DNA of 63,305 nucleotides, the filler included. It is 9 parts of 9 records of this genome, joined end to end, with 100 filler letters (N's around TTAATTAATTAA, not from the genome) between each part and the next. Parts side by side here need not be neighbours in the genome. Positions count along the whole stretch, not along the records: positions 12,372 to 23,027 come from SRR7504441_14042; positions 23,128 to 29,475 come from SRR7504441_14048; 7 more parts are not named here. One strand, 5' to 3'. Every line of letters starts with the position of its first letter. Position 1 is the stretch's first letter. A program made the position numbers and the translations under genes. This document shows positions 12,372 through 23,539 of this stretch, one piece after another. The notes below the pieces were generated by a model. That model did not search any database and had not been told where the DNA came from. It saw only the letters and a program-made list of their open reading frames with translations.

Positions 12372-14518
12372 ACTCCGAGTATAATTGTGCCCTGACGAGG
12401 CCGTAGAACTTGTGCATCTCATGCTTGGCCGCAGCGATTTCATTGAGGGTGATTTGCACCTCGCAGACATGCTGAAGGGACTCCCCACCCTCGACCGTTG
12501 CTGTTACGAGAATGTTGGCATTTAGATCGCGGTATCCGTTGTATTTCTTGATTTCCTCCTCTGACAAGGCGAATCTGTTCTTGACGCGCCGAAGCGTAAA
12601 CGCCGTCCTGCCGTCGGCCGAGACAAACTTGTCGAGCTTGCCGAGGAGGTGCGCGGCCTGAGAAGCTTTGTCGCAGCAGTACGTCGCACGGACAATGTCC
12701 TGCAAAAATGCTGCAGCAGGTTCCCCTTCTTCGCGCTTCGGCTCGGCCACTACCTCGACCGGAATTGGCAGCGTCAGGGCAATGGAGCCGGGATGGCCGC
12801 TGGTGTACTTGGGCACCATAACAAAACAGTAATTGCCTGGCTCTGGAATGTACTCGTCGCTCCAGAAAAAGCCCACGCGACCCTTGGCGTTGGCGCGGTA
12901 CCAGTCATTACCCACGAGTTCGACGGATGGCCAGCTGCAGAGACCGATCCACGGCCCCGTGTCATCGTCCGCCTGAATAGCCTTTGATGGAAAGGTGAAC
13001 GACACTACGTTGGTCCTTCCGGCGACGAGGACGCATGAGGACACAGTCTCTTCCCGCTCGGCGGCGGCAAAGTCAATCGTGCAGCGCGGCTCACTTTTAC
13101 CGATGGATGCGTAGTCGTTGGATATCTTGTCCACGGCGCGGTCGAACTTCTTCATGGGCGCCTCAGTGAGACTGACACCTTCCATATCCATCTCGCCCGT
13201 GGCCGCGCAGCTGCTCAGAAGCTCCCTGAGAGCTGCGAAGAAGCTCGGCTGGATACTCTCAGCGACGAGGAAGAGGTGGTCGCAGTAGATGTGCCCCTTT
13301 GGAAGGCCGACAGCCCACTTTGGCGCATCTGGCAGCTCCGATGCGAGGAGTGCGTCGTCGTCGTTGAGAAGCGCCCACTCGGGCACCGGCTGCCGCGTCC
13401 CGCCCTCGACCTCAAACATGCCGCACTGCCGGAGCAGCTGCATCCCGTCCGGATCTTCCAGCACCTCATGATTGAACGCTGCGCCCATTTTGTCGCTCAG
13501 CATGTCCATGATTGCCGCACTCCACAGCTGGACAACACCAAACTGCTCGTGCGCCATAGCCTCGTGCAGGACCTGGCTCTTCCGCCCGGCCACCATTGCT
13601 GCTTTGAAGGCTGAGTGCCAACATTTGAGCGCCCGCAGCAGCACCGTCACCGTGTGCTTGCATTGCGTCAATGTCATGTCCGAGGATGCAATCTCTTCCT
13701 TGGTTACGAACCCAAAAGGACGTAGAATGCCGCTCTGCCCCATGAAAAACATAGTCCCGGAACCAACTGTGACCATGCATGCCGAACTCCACTGCGGCAT
13801 GGCCGTCGCATCCTGCTCCCCAGGGCGGCAGCGGCAGCTGAGCGTCCTCGTCTCGCCTGGGTCGCCGACGCACGGCCACCACGCCACGAGCTTTTCCGCC
13901 ACCAGATCTGGGCGCAGTGCCTGGAGCTTGTCGTGCCCGCCCGTCATCTGCGCGCGGCAGTCCTCCGATGTGAGCTCCGCGCCCCAGAGCTGAAGCTCAG
14001 CGATCTGACCCTGGAAGAAGTCGCTGTGGTCGCCACCACCCTGCCGCTGATCATCCTTGGCATTTGACATGGCTCCGCCAATGAGGATTGGCAGGTGCCG
14101 GAGCTGTTCCTGGGACCCGAGAGGAGAAAGCCCGCCGCAGTGACGCGTCTCGACTCGCACCCCGTCAATCCACAAAGAGTAGCTACCCTGCCCGTCGAAC
14201 GTCTCGCAAAAGTGGATCCAGCGGCCAAGCTTGATGGGCCCACCCATAGAACTGTAGGAGCTCCCTTGCCTCCCACACCGCAGCTCAGGACCACCGCTCG
14301 GCCCCTGTGCGAGCACATAGACGATCCATTGGGCGACGTCTGAGCGGTACCTCGATATGATGGTGCCGCCCGTCCCGTCACCTGTGGGCTTGCACCAGCC
14401 AGAGATGGAGAACGGTCCCGAGCCCGTGCCCGTCTCGTGGATGGCGGCTGTGGCTTTGACCTCGTACGCCGCGCCGTGGACGATCGCCGAGTGCGATGGA
14501 ACTTCTCACCGCAGACAT
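12372..14518 (-). CDS. LamG/ConA-like domain + RelA/SpoT-like nucleotidyltransferase domain with Ig-like insertion (3'-truncated)
   Basis: LamG motifs FSISGWCKP, GRWIHFCETFDG, LWIDGV, FFQGQIAELQLW. Synthetase-like motifs APMKKFDRAVDK, DIVRAT, RVKNRF, GYRDLNAN, CEVQI, H.FY..VR. Start inferred via a 49-nt GT-AG intron after ATG TCT GCG. Confidence 0.72.
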
Positions 14519-14572
14519 TGCCGCTGTCCCCAACCGAACGACTGGCACACGGCACTTCGCTGGCGCCTGGGG

Positions 14573-17552
14573 ATGGCGGACGAGGACCGGGAGGACGAGC
14601 CGGAGCTACCGGAGCACACGGTGGCGGCGCTGCACCAGCTGATCGAGCTGACCGACCACGCCCGCTGGTCGATGGTGGCTCAGCCCGGGGCCCGGCTCAG
14701 GCTGAGGGCAAGGTCTCCAAGAACGACAACGTCTCAGTGTACAGCGCTCCCTCCAAGGACTGCCCGCACGTGCTCTCCAAGACCCAGCTCCGGCTGGTGG
14801 CCTGCCGAGCCCCTCCGGGCTGAGCCTGGGGCAGCCCGGGGTGCGGGCAGACACAGTGTGGGCCGAGCTGATCGACGCGGCCCGCCAGAGCCGGTGGGAT
14901 CCGCTGTTCGACGAGGTGCGTACGGGCAGGCGAGGGGGCGAGCCCGGGCAGATCAAAGTGCTGGAGGTGGTCAGCCCCTGGCAGGACTATGTGCACTACT
15001 GCATGCGCACACCCATCGGGGTCCCCGCCCCTCTCCCCGCAGCCCGCGGCCAGCCACGGCGGTAGGTGCGGGCGCGCGATTTCTGCCACTTGCGGACCAA
15101 GATCCGGCACTACGGCCCGGACCGGCTGGCGGTGGTGCTCTTTCAGCAGGCGACGCACCCAGGGGCGCCAGTGGTTCGGGGCAGGATCAGGGCGGAGACG
15201 GTAGTACCTGGGGCCGCTGGGGGGCCAGCCGGGCATGCAGGTGGTTTCTGGGTACACTGTCACCGAGGAGTGCTCCTCGCTCAACATGCAGCGCTGCGCG
15301 ATCGTGACGTCCGTTACCCAGACCGATATCAAGGGCGCCATCCCAAAGGCGCTCACCAACGCGGTGCCCATCGCCTCCCCCGCCCGGCGAGCCTTGGCCG
15401 CAGTTCGCAGCCCGGGCTCCGCTCTCCTGGTTTTCCAAATTTCAAAAGGAGTGCATACGGTCCGAGTCCAAGAACAACCCGGCTCTCACCAGCAGCCCGC
15501 CACCCAGCTCGCCCATGCTCGGGGGCTGGCCGGGCGGCCGGATGTCAGATCCCGGGGCATCGCGCCGCGAGGTGTTCCGTTACCACGAGTTCACCCCGCG
15601 CAAGGAGAGTCCATTCCCAGAGGACAAGCGCCACCCGCCCGAGTCGACAACGGTTGTGAACGCCACCGCCGCCGCTGCGGGCGCGAGCTGTGCCCCGGGT
15701 GAGAGCAGGGGGATGGTCGGATGGTGGCACTGGTGCGCCCGAGGGCTGACCCATAGCGAGGTGGACGTGAAGACCGCCCGGGATAAGGGCACCGTGTCTG
15801 GCGGTCTGCTCGAGCTTGTGCAGGCGGTCTGGTGGGAACTTGAGAGCGACCACACGCGGAACAGAATCGACGCTGTGATCGAGCAAGCGCTCCGCGAGAA
15901 GAGCCGGGCGATCCTAGCAAACCTGGAGATGCGGGACGAAGCCGACCTGCTCGACGCGATCATGCTGATCCTGCAGGCCGAGCCGCAGGCGGTGCCGCTG
16001 GTGGCAGGCAGCTTGGAGCAGATTGTGCCCGAGGCGGCCGCTGCTGGGATAGAGAACATCGCCGTGGCGTCCGACGAGCTGGAGCAGCTCGGGTCGCTGG
16101 TGCCCCCGGCCCTCGACTCTAGGCTGAGCTGGTGCAGGTGAGCGCGTGCCTTACTGAGCTGGCAGCTGATGACGATGTTGATCTGGAGAGCAGGCAGGAG
16201 AGGGAGGTCCTAGTGTGTCAGCAGCTGGAGGACGTGCTGAGCAAGGTGGAAGCGCACTCGTCAGTTGGCGACTGGAGCTCGGCCGTGCTGCTGATGCTCA
16301 CGCTGGTCAAACACTTTGGGCTGGCGAGTGGGTCCAATCCGGGCCTCGCAGCCTCTGGCCCGATTCGGGGCTTCCTGCACAAGATGCGCGTGGCGTGGCA
16401 GGGCGTGCTGTCGGCGGATGACGGGGGCGACCACTCAAACCTGCCGCCGCGGGTGGAGGTGGCAGACGCGATGGTCGAGTGGGACCCGACTGTGGAGTAC
16501 CGGGTGCCTGACGACTGGGGCGTGCTGCTGAATGAGCGGCGCGAAGTCTACTTCCAGTCTCATCCGGTGGAGCATGCGGTGGTCGAGGTGTTGGAGCTCT
16601 GGGAAAAGCTGCGGGGGCATACGATCGAGGCGATGATGCGCCGGTGCGGGGACCTGGAAGACTTGGACGAGCTGATGCAAGTGTCGAGTGACAATGTGGC
16701 GATTCTTCAGGCTGAAGCTGAGCGGCTGGTGATGCGAGCCAACGCCCACTCGCTGGCTGCAAGGATCCGTTGCAAACTGGCCGCCATCGTTGTGGTCAAT
16801 GCCAAGATCAGAGCCGTGTTCAATAATGTTCAGGCAATTGCGGCGCCCGGTTGCAGCTTAGTCGCCTTGGCAGGTCCTTCTGCAGAGCTTTGAACGGAAA
16901 GATGAACATCCTGAACTCACCTCGGGCTCGTCAGTCTCTCGGGCTATGTCCAGTCAGGCAGCGCGGGGCAGTGTGGACTCCTACACAGGTCACCCAGCCA
17001 GAACTCGCCCTGAGCCTGGAACAGCTGGGGAGCATACCTCGGGCGGGCAACACTTTTGGCACCAGTTGACAGCCTCCAAGCTCTCGGAGGCTGTCGATGA
17101 GACGGAGGAGGCAGTCTCAGAAGGGCTGAGGCTTTGCCAGCAGGTGGGCCGTGGCTCGGGCGGGCAGACTGGCGAGCAGGTGCTGGCGGCCAATCTGCCC
17201 AAGCAGCCCGGGATGGGGAGCGTTGGCTGCCAGAACGCGCTTGACCAGGTCGTTGGCCAGCTGGACGCCACCCTCGGGGCCAACGAGATTCCGATAGCCG
17301 GAGTGCTCCGGAGCATGGTTACCTCAGCGGTGCGCTCGGACCGCACGGGCGCATTGAGGTGTTGCGACAGGTGACAATGCAACAAGGGATTAATGAGTGC
17401 TTTGGACAAATGGAGCAGCTCGATATCGACCCCGAGAAAATGGAGGTGTGTTGGTCGATCAAGGAGTGATCTGTTGTTTTGAGTTTGGTGTATAGGTGTT
17501 CAAAGAATACGACATCCACGCCAAAGGGAGCACAACTCCAAGCTTGAGGTGA
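14573..17552 (+). CDS. START lipid-binding domain protein with helical C-terminal region, multi-exon
   Basis: Spliced model: W..VSKNDNVSVYS, RWDPLF, PIGVRARDFC, HPGAPVVRGRIRAET, SGYTV, QTDIKGAIPKALTN. It continues through ORFs 15515.., 16132.. and 16946.. via short introns to TGA at 17550-17552. Confidence 0.75.
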
Positions 17553-17948
17553 CAATTAAGTTCGAATTACGTTCGAGATAGTTTTAATCAAACATGTTAA
17601 GACATGAATTCGCATACTATTCAGTGTACCCTATAGTCTGCGTTGCATACATAACATCTTTAGCCTCACAGTCTGCGTCTACAGGGGCACATTGGCCACT
17701 GGCATCCAGGGAAGATTGGTTCACACCGCACCCTAAACGGCACGCTCCGATGAGACCATACTGGAAGTCACCACCGCAGCTCACTATCCGGCAGCAAGAG
17801 ACGTACGAGCCTGATAAGCTACCACCTGCTATACACCCTTGTAATCTCGGGCTTATCTTGGCTCAGGTTCTCTATTAAATTAACGTTAGATCAGTGTATG
17901 CAAAAATTCAAGATGGTAACTGCTCCAATCCATCTTTCATGCGTATAA

Positions 17949-19187
17949 TTAAATTATGCGGGGTCCGGCCGCTATGGCATTGAATATAGCATACGAATCA
18001 AAATACACGTTTTCCCCATCCCCATTGAATTCGCCCGGCACGTCCTGAGGCGTGCAAGCTGTTCCCTGGAGCCCATAACACAGCAGAGTAACTGCTTCTC
18101 CTAGATTGGCAGCTGCCTTCATCTTGTGGTGACCATCGAGGATAAGGCACAACCCGATGCGCACAAAGTCCACTCCAGTGTTGTCCCCCCCCAGATGTAC
18201 ACACTCAAGTGCGTTATAGCGCACAGCCCTTTGCTCTTCCAGCCCTTTGCTCTCCCACTCCATAGTTTCCTGTAAAGCTCCCTGCAGTAGCTGCGCTGTC
18301 TCGCCCTCTGCAAGCTGAATTAATGCTCTCAAATTAGCTAATTCACGGTCATGTCCGAGGTAGCCAAGTATGGAACTAATATCCACAGCACTGTGAATTC
18401 TGGCATTATACGGCAAACCTAAACAGAGCGCCAGTGCTACAGGCCGATGACCTTGACGAATCTGTTCCTCGTAGCGGGTAACTGCAGTGGGGTCGTGGAT
18501 GGCATGAAGAGGTGCGAGCACAAAGTGTGTTGGGCAGCGTGAGCAGCCCACAGGAGGAGAGGGGAGAGCATGGCAGTAGACTGTATCGAATCCGAGACCT
18601 CCTGATGGCTGCAGCCCGCTCAATGCTTCCTGAAATACCTCAGCGCCAGTCGATTCGCGAGGCCATACGGGGAATGCAGCGATATCGTAATCATGGGTAG
18701 GCAAAATGCTCCCGAGCTCCCGCAGTCGCGTCTCATCCATCATGATGCCTTGAAGGTCAGTCTGCAGCTCGTTGCGAAGTGCACCTCGACCGCGCTTGAA
18801 AAGCCTCGTGAAAGTATCCCAGTTGGACCCAAGATCAAGAAGCCCGTCGTCAGACAACTCGAGCCGCAATTCCCACGCTTTCCCGGTTTCCAGGCGTTCG
18901 CCGGGGCAGCAGAGTCGAAGCCGCGTATCCGCACCATTCTCCAGCCGCAGAGAAACGACTTCAGAGCGCGTGCGTACTCCGCGGAGCATCGCAAAGTGCG
19001 TGTAGCACCCGCTCACAGCGGACACAGGACCCATGGAGAGCATCTCACACCACCTCGCCCAGAGTACCCCATCGTTCAAGATGCTTGTCCAAGCCCTCCG
19101 CACCAGTGCGCACGCGTGGAGCAACCGCGGCGCGAGGAAGGGACACACGAGGGATCTGAAGAGGTGGCCGTCGAGCAGACTGTGCAT
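17949..19187 (-). CDS. F-box-like protein with C-terminal ParB/sulfiredoxin-like motif
   Basis: N-terminal LFRSLVCPFL..RLLHACALVRRAW..ILNDGVLW (F-box pattern); C-terminal LILDGHHKMKAA. Intronless ORF, first ATG at 19187. Confidence 0.6.
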   Translation of the reverse strand: MHSLLDGHLFRSLVCPFLAPRLLHACALVRRAWTSILNDGVLWARWCEMLSMGPVSAVSGCYTHFAMLRGVRTRSEVVSLRLENGADTRLRLCCPGERLETGKAWELRLELSDDGLLDLGSNWDTFTRLFKRGRGALRNELQTDLQGIMMDETRLRELGSILPTHDYDIAAFPVWPRESTGAEVFQEALSGLQPSGGLGFDTVYCHALPSPPVGCSRCPTHFVLAPLHAIHDPTAVTRYEEQIRQGHRPVALALCLGLPYNARIHSAVDISSILGYLGHDRELANLRALIQLAEGETAQLLQGALQETMEWESKGLEEQRAVRYNALECVHLGGDNTGVDFVRIGLCLILDGHHKMKAAANLGEAVTLLCYGLQGTACTPQDVPGEFNGDGENVYFDSYAIFNAIAAGPRII

Positions 19188-19355
19188 GTTCCTGCCCCTG
19201 CCGCCGTCGAGGACAGTCGAGGACAGAATTCCGTTATCGAGCAGAACAGATTGGCGCCTCCGCAAGTAGATCTACTGTACAGCTGTACTCGTATTAGACC
19301 GTACTTTGGAATCGGGACCACAAAACTACCGTATAGTATTTAATGGCTTATGCAA

Positions 19356-22300
19356 TTAAAACTTAAGTAACATTCGAACTTGTTCAGCTAAAGTTGCATC
19401 CGTAGGCCAGGCACCAACTATAGTGCCATGGTCGTGGCCTGCCTTCACCCAATCAACGAGTGACATCCCACAAGACGTCACATTCATGCTTTGGGCCAAC
19501 ACAGCATTCCCTGCTACTTGCATGCCTGCTGGAAGCTCACAGTCACTCCGGTACTGGTCACTATGGTTGCCATATAAGATACACGTGTTATTTACATATT
19601 TGTCATTGTTGCCCACTGTGAAGCAGCACGGAATGTACGCATCTATGTTTCCTTCGTGGTGATTGCTGTGCCCACCAAGAAATGATTTGAGCGAAGAGTC
19701 CCCATACACTAGGAAGTTGTGATGTGTGTGGTAGAATGATGAGCCATCATCATTGTCAATATCGTAGTGTGTGTTGTAGGTCCCCAGGATAAAGTTATGA
19801 TGCAGCTGTCGATAATCCATCACGATCGTGGCCTTGCCCAACTTCTCATGTATGTAAGGTATTCGATCCCACCTGCATATACAGCTGTGAGCACATGCTG
19901 CATAGGTGGGGGTGCAGTCACGAATTTATTGGCCCGTGATCACCACTCTCGCGGACACAATTCAGCAGCAGATTCCAAGCAACTTCATCCCCACCAATTG
20001 CGCCATCTGCACCAACTTCAGCAACAGGCGCATGGCTATCGCTGTCTTAAGCGTGACCGTTAAAGTTGATGGCAGCTCTCGGTCCATTGTAAAACACATT
20101 TCCTTGGAGTAGGCTTCGTCCTGTAGCTGCCTGGAACCACATCGAACTCTGCTTGTTGTAAATCCCAATCTCGTGGACCAGATTCGACAATACTCGGACA
20201 CCTGTAGGCTGCTCCCCTCCACGCAGGTCTGGGCTGATCCTGTGTGGTGTGCTAAGACTGCAGTTGTGGTTCAGGCAGCGTGACGACGAGAAGCCCCATG
20301 CAGCAATTGCAGACTCTCCGATCCACGAGAACTCGTTGTTCGAAATCGTGCTGTTCAAGTTATACCCCAACAGCAGCACTCCCACCCCATCAAGACGTGT
20401 GAAATGATTAGAGTCTAATATTACATCTTCAGTACCGTTGAGCGTGATAACACCAGTATACTGTAGAGCCCAGTCGCCACCAGTCGGAAGGCCGTGAGGT
20501 TCTAAATAAGTCGGCGCAGTGTCGCGGATGGTCACACCGCGGATGGTCACACCACGGACTGGCTGGTGCTTGGTACCTTGGATGGAGAACAGCTGCTTTG
20601 ATTCGACCGTAATGAACTCATCTTGAGTGGGGCCTGTCCAGCTGGTGACTATAGGCCACATTCTAAGAATTTAGACCTGTCCCGTTGAACACGTAGAATA
20701 AGCGATTTTCAGAGCTGTTGTAGAAGAATTCTCGCGGCGAGTCACACTCTTCAAGCACTGTCCTTCCAGCGATCAAATGAGGCAAGCTGGCTCACTCGCC
20801 ATTCTCGATGTACCATTCAGCACCAGAGTCGGCCCCTTGGCTTCCTTGGTTACCACTGTTGGGGTCGAATGTAAAGGTTTGCGCTGTGTGATTGATCGAT
20901 TCCACCACAAACTGACACACAGAGCAAGCTCAACAGCACATCAAAGACTGCCGTCACCTGCCAGGTGTACCATCTCCAGCTCTGCCATGCGTGGATCACA
21001 GCACCCTCTGGATGTGCATACTCTGCAGCTTGAGGTAATGACTCGGCCCATGACAAACCTGAGGGCTGCCGGTAGGTCGTCTCTCCATCTGGATTGCGAG
21101 GCGGGGCGGTTGCACACCAGTAGCCAGCGGGAGGGTCCACGTTGCTACAACTGCCTCCCACACCCACTGAGAACTCGCCCCAGCCACCTTCGCCAGTCAG
21201 GTTCTGCCACATGCCGCTATGATTGAACGGCCATGGGTCCTTTGTTGTTGGCCATTCAACGCCTGGCCAGTCCGCCCCTGTCACATGAACATTCCACGCA
21301 GGCGGTTGCTTTCTGGGGGCTGTCCACTTGGTTGGTCCCGTAATCCAGCCTTGGCTATAGTGGTCTTGTGGGTAACGATAGTCTGTTGGGTTGGTCTCTG
21401 GGTCACCATCTGGGTATCGGGCACGAATAGCGCGTTGGCCCGTCACTCTAAGGGAAGTGATTGCTGATGGTGGAGATGCCATGACCTCTTTCAGGTTGAC
21501 TACCCACACTGTATTGTTCCCGACAGCCCGGTGCTTTTGCCAGGATTCGGCTGGGATAGGGAGAGGTCTCCCACCAGAGATGAAGACTGCCTCCCCTTGA
21601 TAATTCTGAATGGTGAGTCCTGAGCTCGAAGCGTCAAGTACGATGGGAGCCGAGATAAAGTGAGTTCCAGAGCGTAGAGCAATTGTTGCATCGATCTGGC
21701 CTTTTAGAGCATCTACCGCAGCCTGAACTGTCTTGAGAGGCCTGTCGACGCTCCCCGTGTTGGCATCATTCCCGTTTGCCCAGTCCACGAAGATGACTGG
21801 GCTGGAGATGCGAAGCTCAAAGAGCGGAGCCTGCCATGTGTTTGTGGTATTTGGGACTGGGAGCCCACAAGCCTGCAGCTGAAGAGCATCGAAGAGGCTT
21901 TTAAAGGAACCTTGGCTAGGAAGGAGGTGCCTACCATAATCCCAGGCCAACTGTCGACTCGAGCAATCGAATGACCAAGGCATCACTGGCAAAGTCCCGG
22001 CATTGTTAAAGCCAGTAGTGGCACGTGGTGGATAGTCTTCCAGCTCATAGAGTTTACCACAAAAGTTATCCTCAGCACAGCTGCAGTTGTTTGGGCAGCT
22101 ACGGATTCCGCGGCCAATAATCACTGCATCGTTGAACACAGCCCATCGCTGGGTGAGCTCTTCCATTGGGAGCGATTGATAGTTGTAAAATGCTCCACCT
22201 GATACAGCTGCAGCTGGAAATATGGACGCCAGCAAGGAATCATGGAACACTGCATCGCGTGCAGGTGATTGTGCCATCCACGCAGCCTCTGGGGTGACCC

Positions 22301-23027
22301 CCGTCCATGCGCCACACTCGTTGGTGGCGCAGTAGGCGTCAGTCCACATCGATGCTGAGCCCCCCAGCAGGTGCTGCCGCTCGGCTGTGGAGAGGCTCAG
22401 ATTGCCCATGTTGAATGCTGCGATATCAGTGAAGTAGCATGGTTTAACCCCAAATGGTGAATACTGCTTGTCTGTATAGCCTCCAAGCTCACACAGCTTC
22501 TTGCCATGCACTGCAGGACAGCACGAATTCATGTAATACGCAGCTGAGTCTGCGACCACAGCATCGAGTCCAGCTGCAGTCACATTCAGGAGAAGAGGTG
22601 TCGTCTTATCCACTGGTGGCGAGGAATCGTATACCCTAACAATAGTTCGATGCTCTGCTGCACCAGTGACCTTATAAATCTGCTCCCACCCCATCCCACG
22701 CTTGCCGTTGTTCTCAATATGCTTAAGCAGCTTAGCCTCCAGGCCACGAATATTATCCAATGTGCAGTTGCCACTGACATGTGTCTCATCTCCACCAATG
22801 TCGAACACAACGTCTGGAAAGAGGTCCATCAGTTCATCGTAGATCGTGGTCACTGCCTGCAGCGTCATCCCAGCTGGGTCGTCGTATAACTGGGTCTTCG
22901 CTTGCGTGGACGGGCTGTATGGGACACAGAACTTGATGCCACGAGTCTTGGCCAGTGGTAGCAGGCCAGAGGAGTGTCCAGGCACATCAAATTGAGGGAT
23001 CACACGAATCCCGCGGAGGTAGGCATA
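19356..23027 (-). CDS. GH20 beta-hexosaminidase-like domain fused to right-handed beta-helix domain (5'-truncated, multi-exon)
   Basis: GH20: YLRGIRVIPQFDVPGH, IGGDE, LLGGSASMW. Beta-helix part: FVDWANGNDANTGS..PLKT, RARYP, WYIENVLEECDSPREF, HGLPTGGDW, PRAAINFNDG, RESGDHGPINSWDR, IDNDDGSS. Confidence 0.8.
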
Positions 23028-23127
23028 NNNNNNNNNNNNNNNNNNNNNNNNNNNNNNNNNNNNNNNNNNNNTTAATTAATTAANNNNNNNNNNNNNNNNN
23101 NNNNNNNNNNNNNNNNNNNNNNNNNNN
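23028..23127. other. Artificial contig-joining linker
   Basis: N-run / TTAATTAATTAA / N-run, 100 bp. Confidence 0.98.
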
Positions 23128-23539
23128 GGAAGGGCACTGTTCCACCCCAGTGCACTTAGCAGCTAGCTAGCTGTACTGTAGCTGTAGCGTCGGCGGGGAA
23201 CCGCAGCCCGCACATATATAGCGTCTGAATGCTCTCAGTGTCGACAGAGGGGGTACAGCATTTTTGAAGAGCTCCACCAGGCTGCGGGAGCCATCGTGGA
23301 GGGCACTCAGGGCAGCTTCGAGTTGACTTCCTCCGTGATTAATTTATGACACGGGCGAATTCGAAATGTAAACTCATGATCAAGGGTAGTAGCCTAAGGT
23401 AACTGGTTTACTTAGGTGCAGGTCTTCTTACTGTAACATGTACGTGATACGAGTATCAAATATTGTTGAATATCCAATGCATTAATTTTAATCAAGCCCA
23501 GAACTCGATCGTAGTCAGCTGCAGGCGGATTATTATCGC

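Noticed and set aside
23128-23349. Possible 3' end of a plus-strand gene (…GYSIFEELHQAAGAIVEG…VINL*); similarly 2-67
   Set aside because: Too short and truncated to assign a product or confirm the frame.
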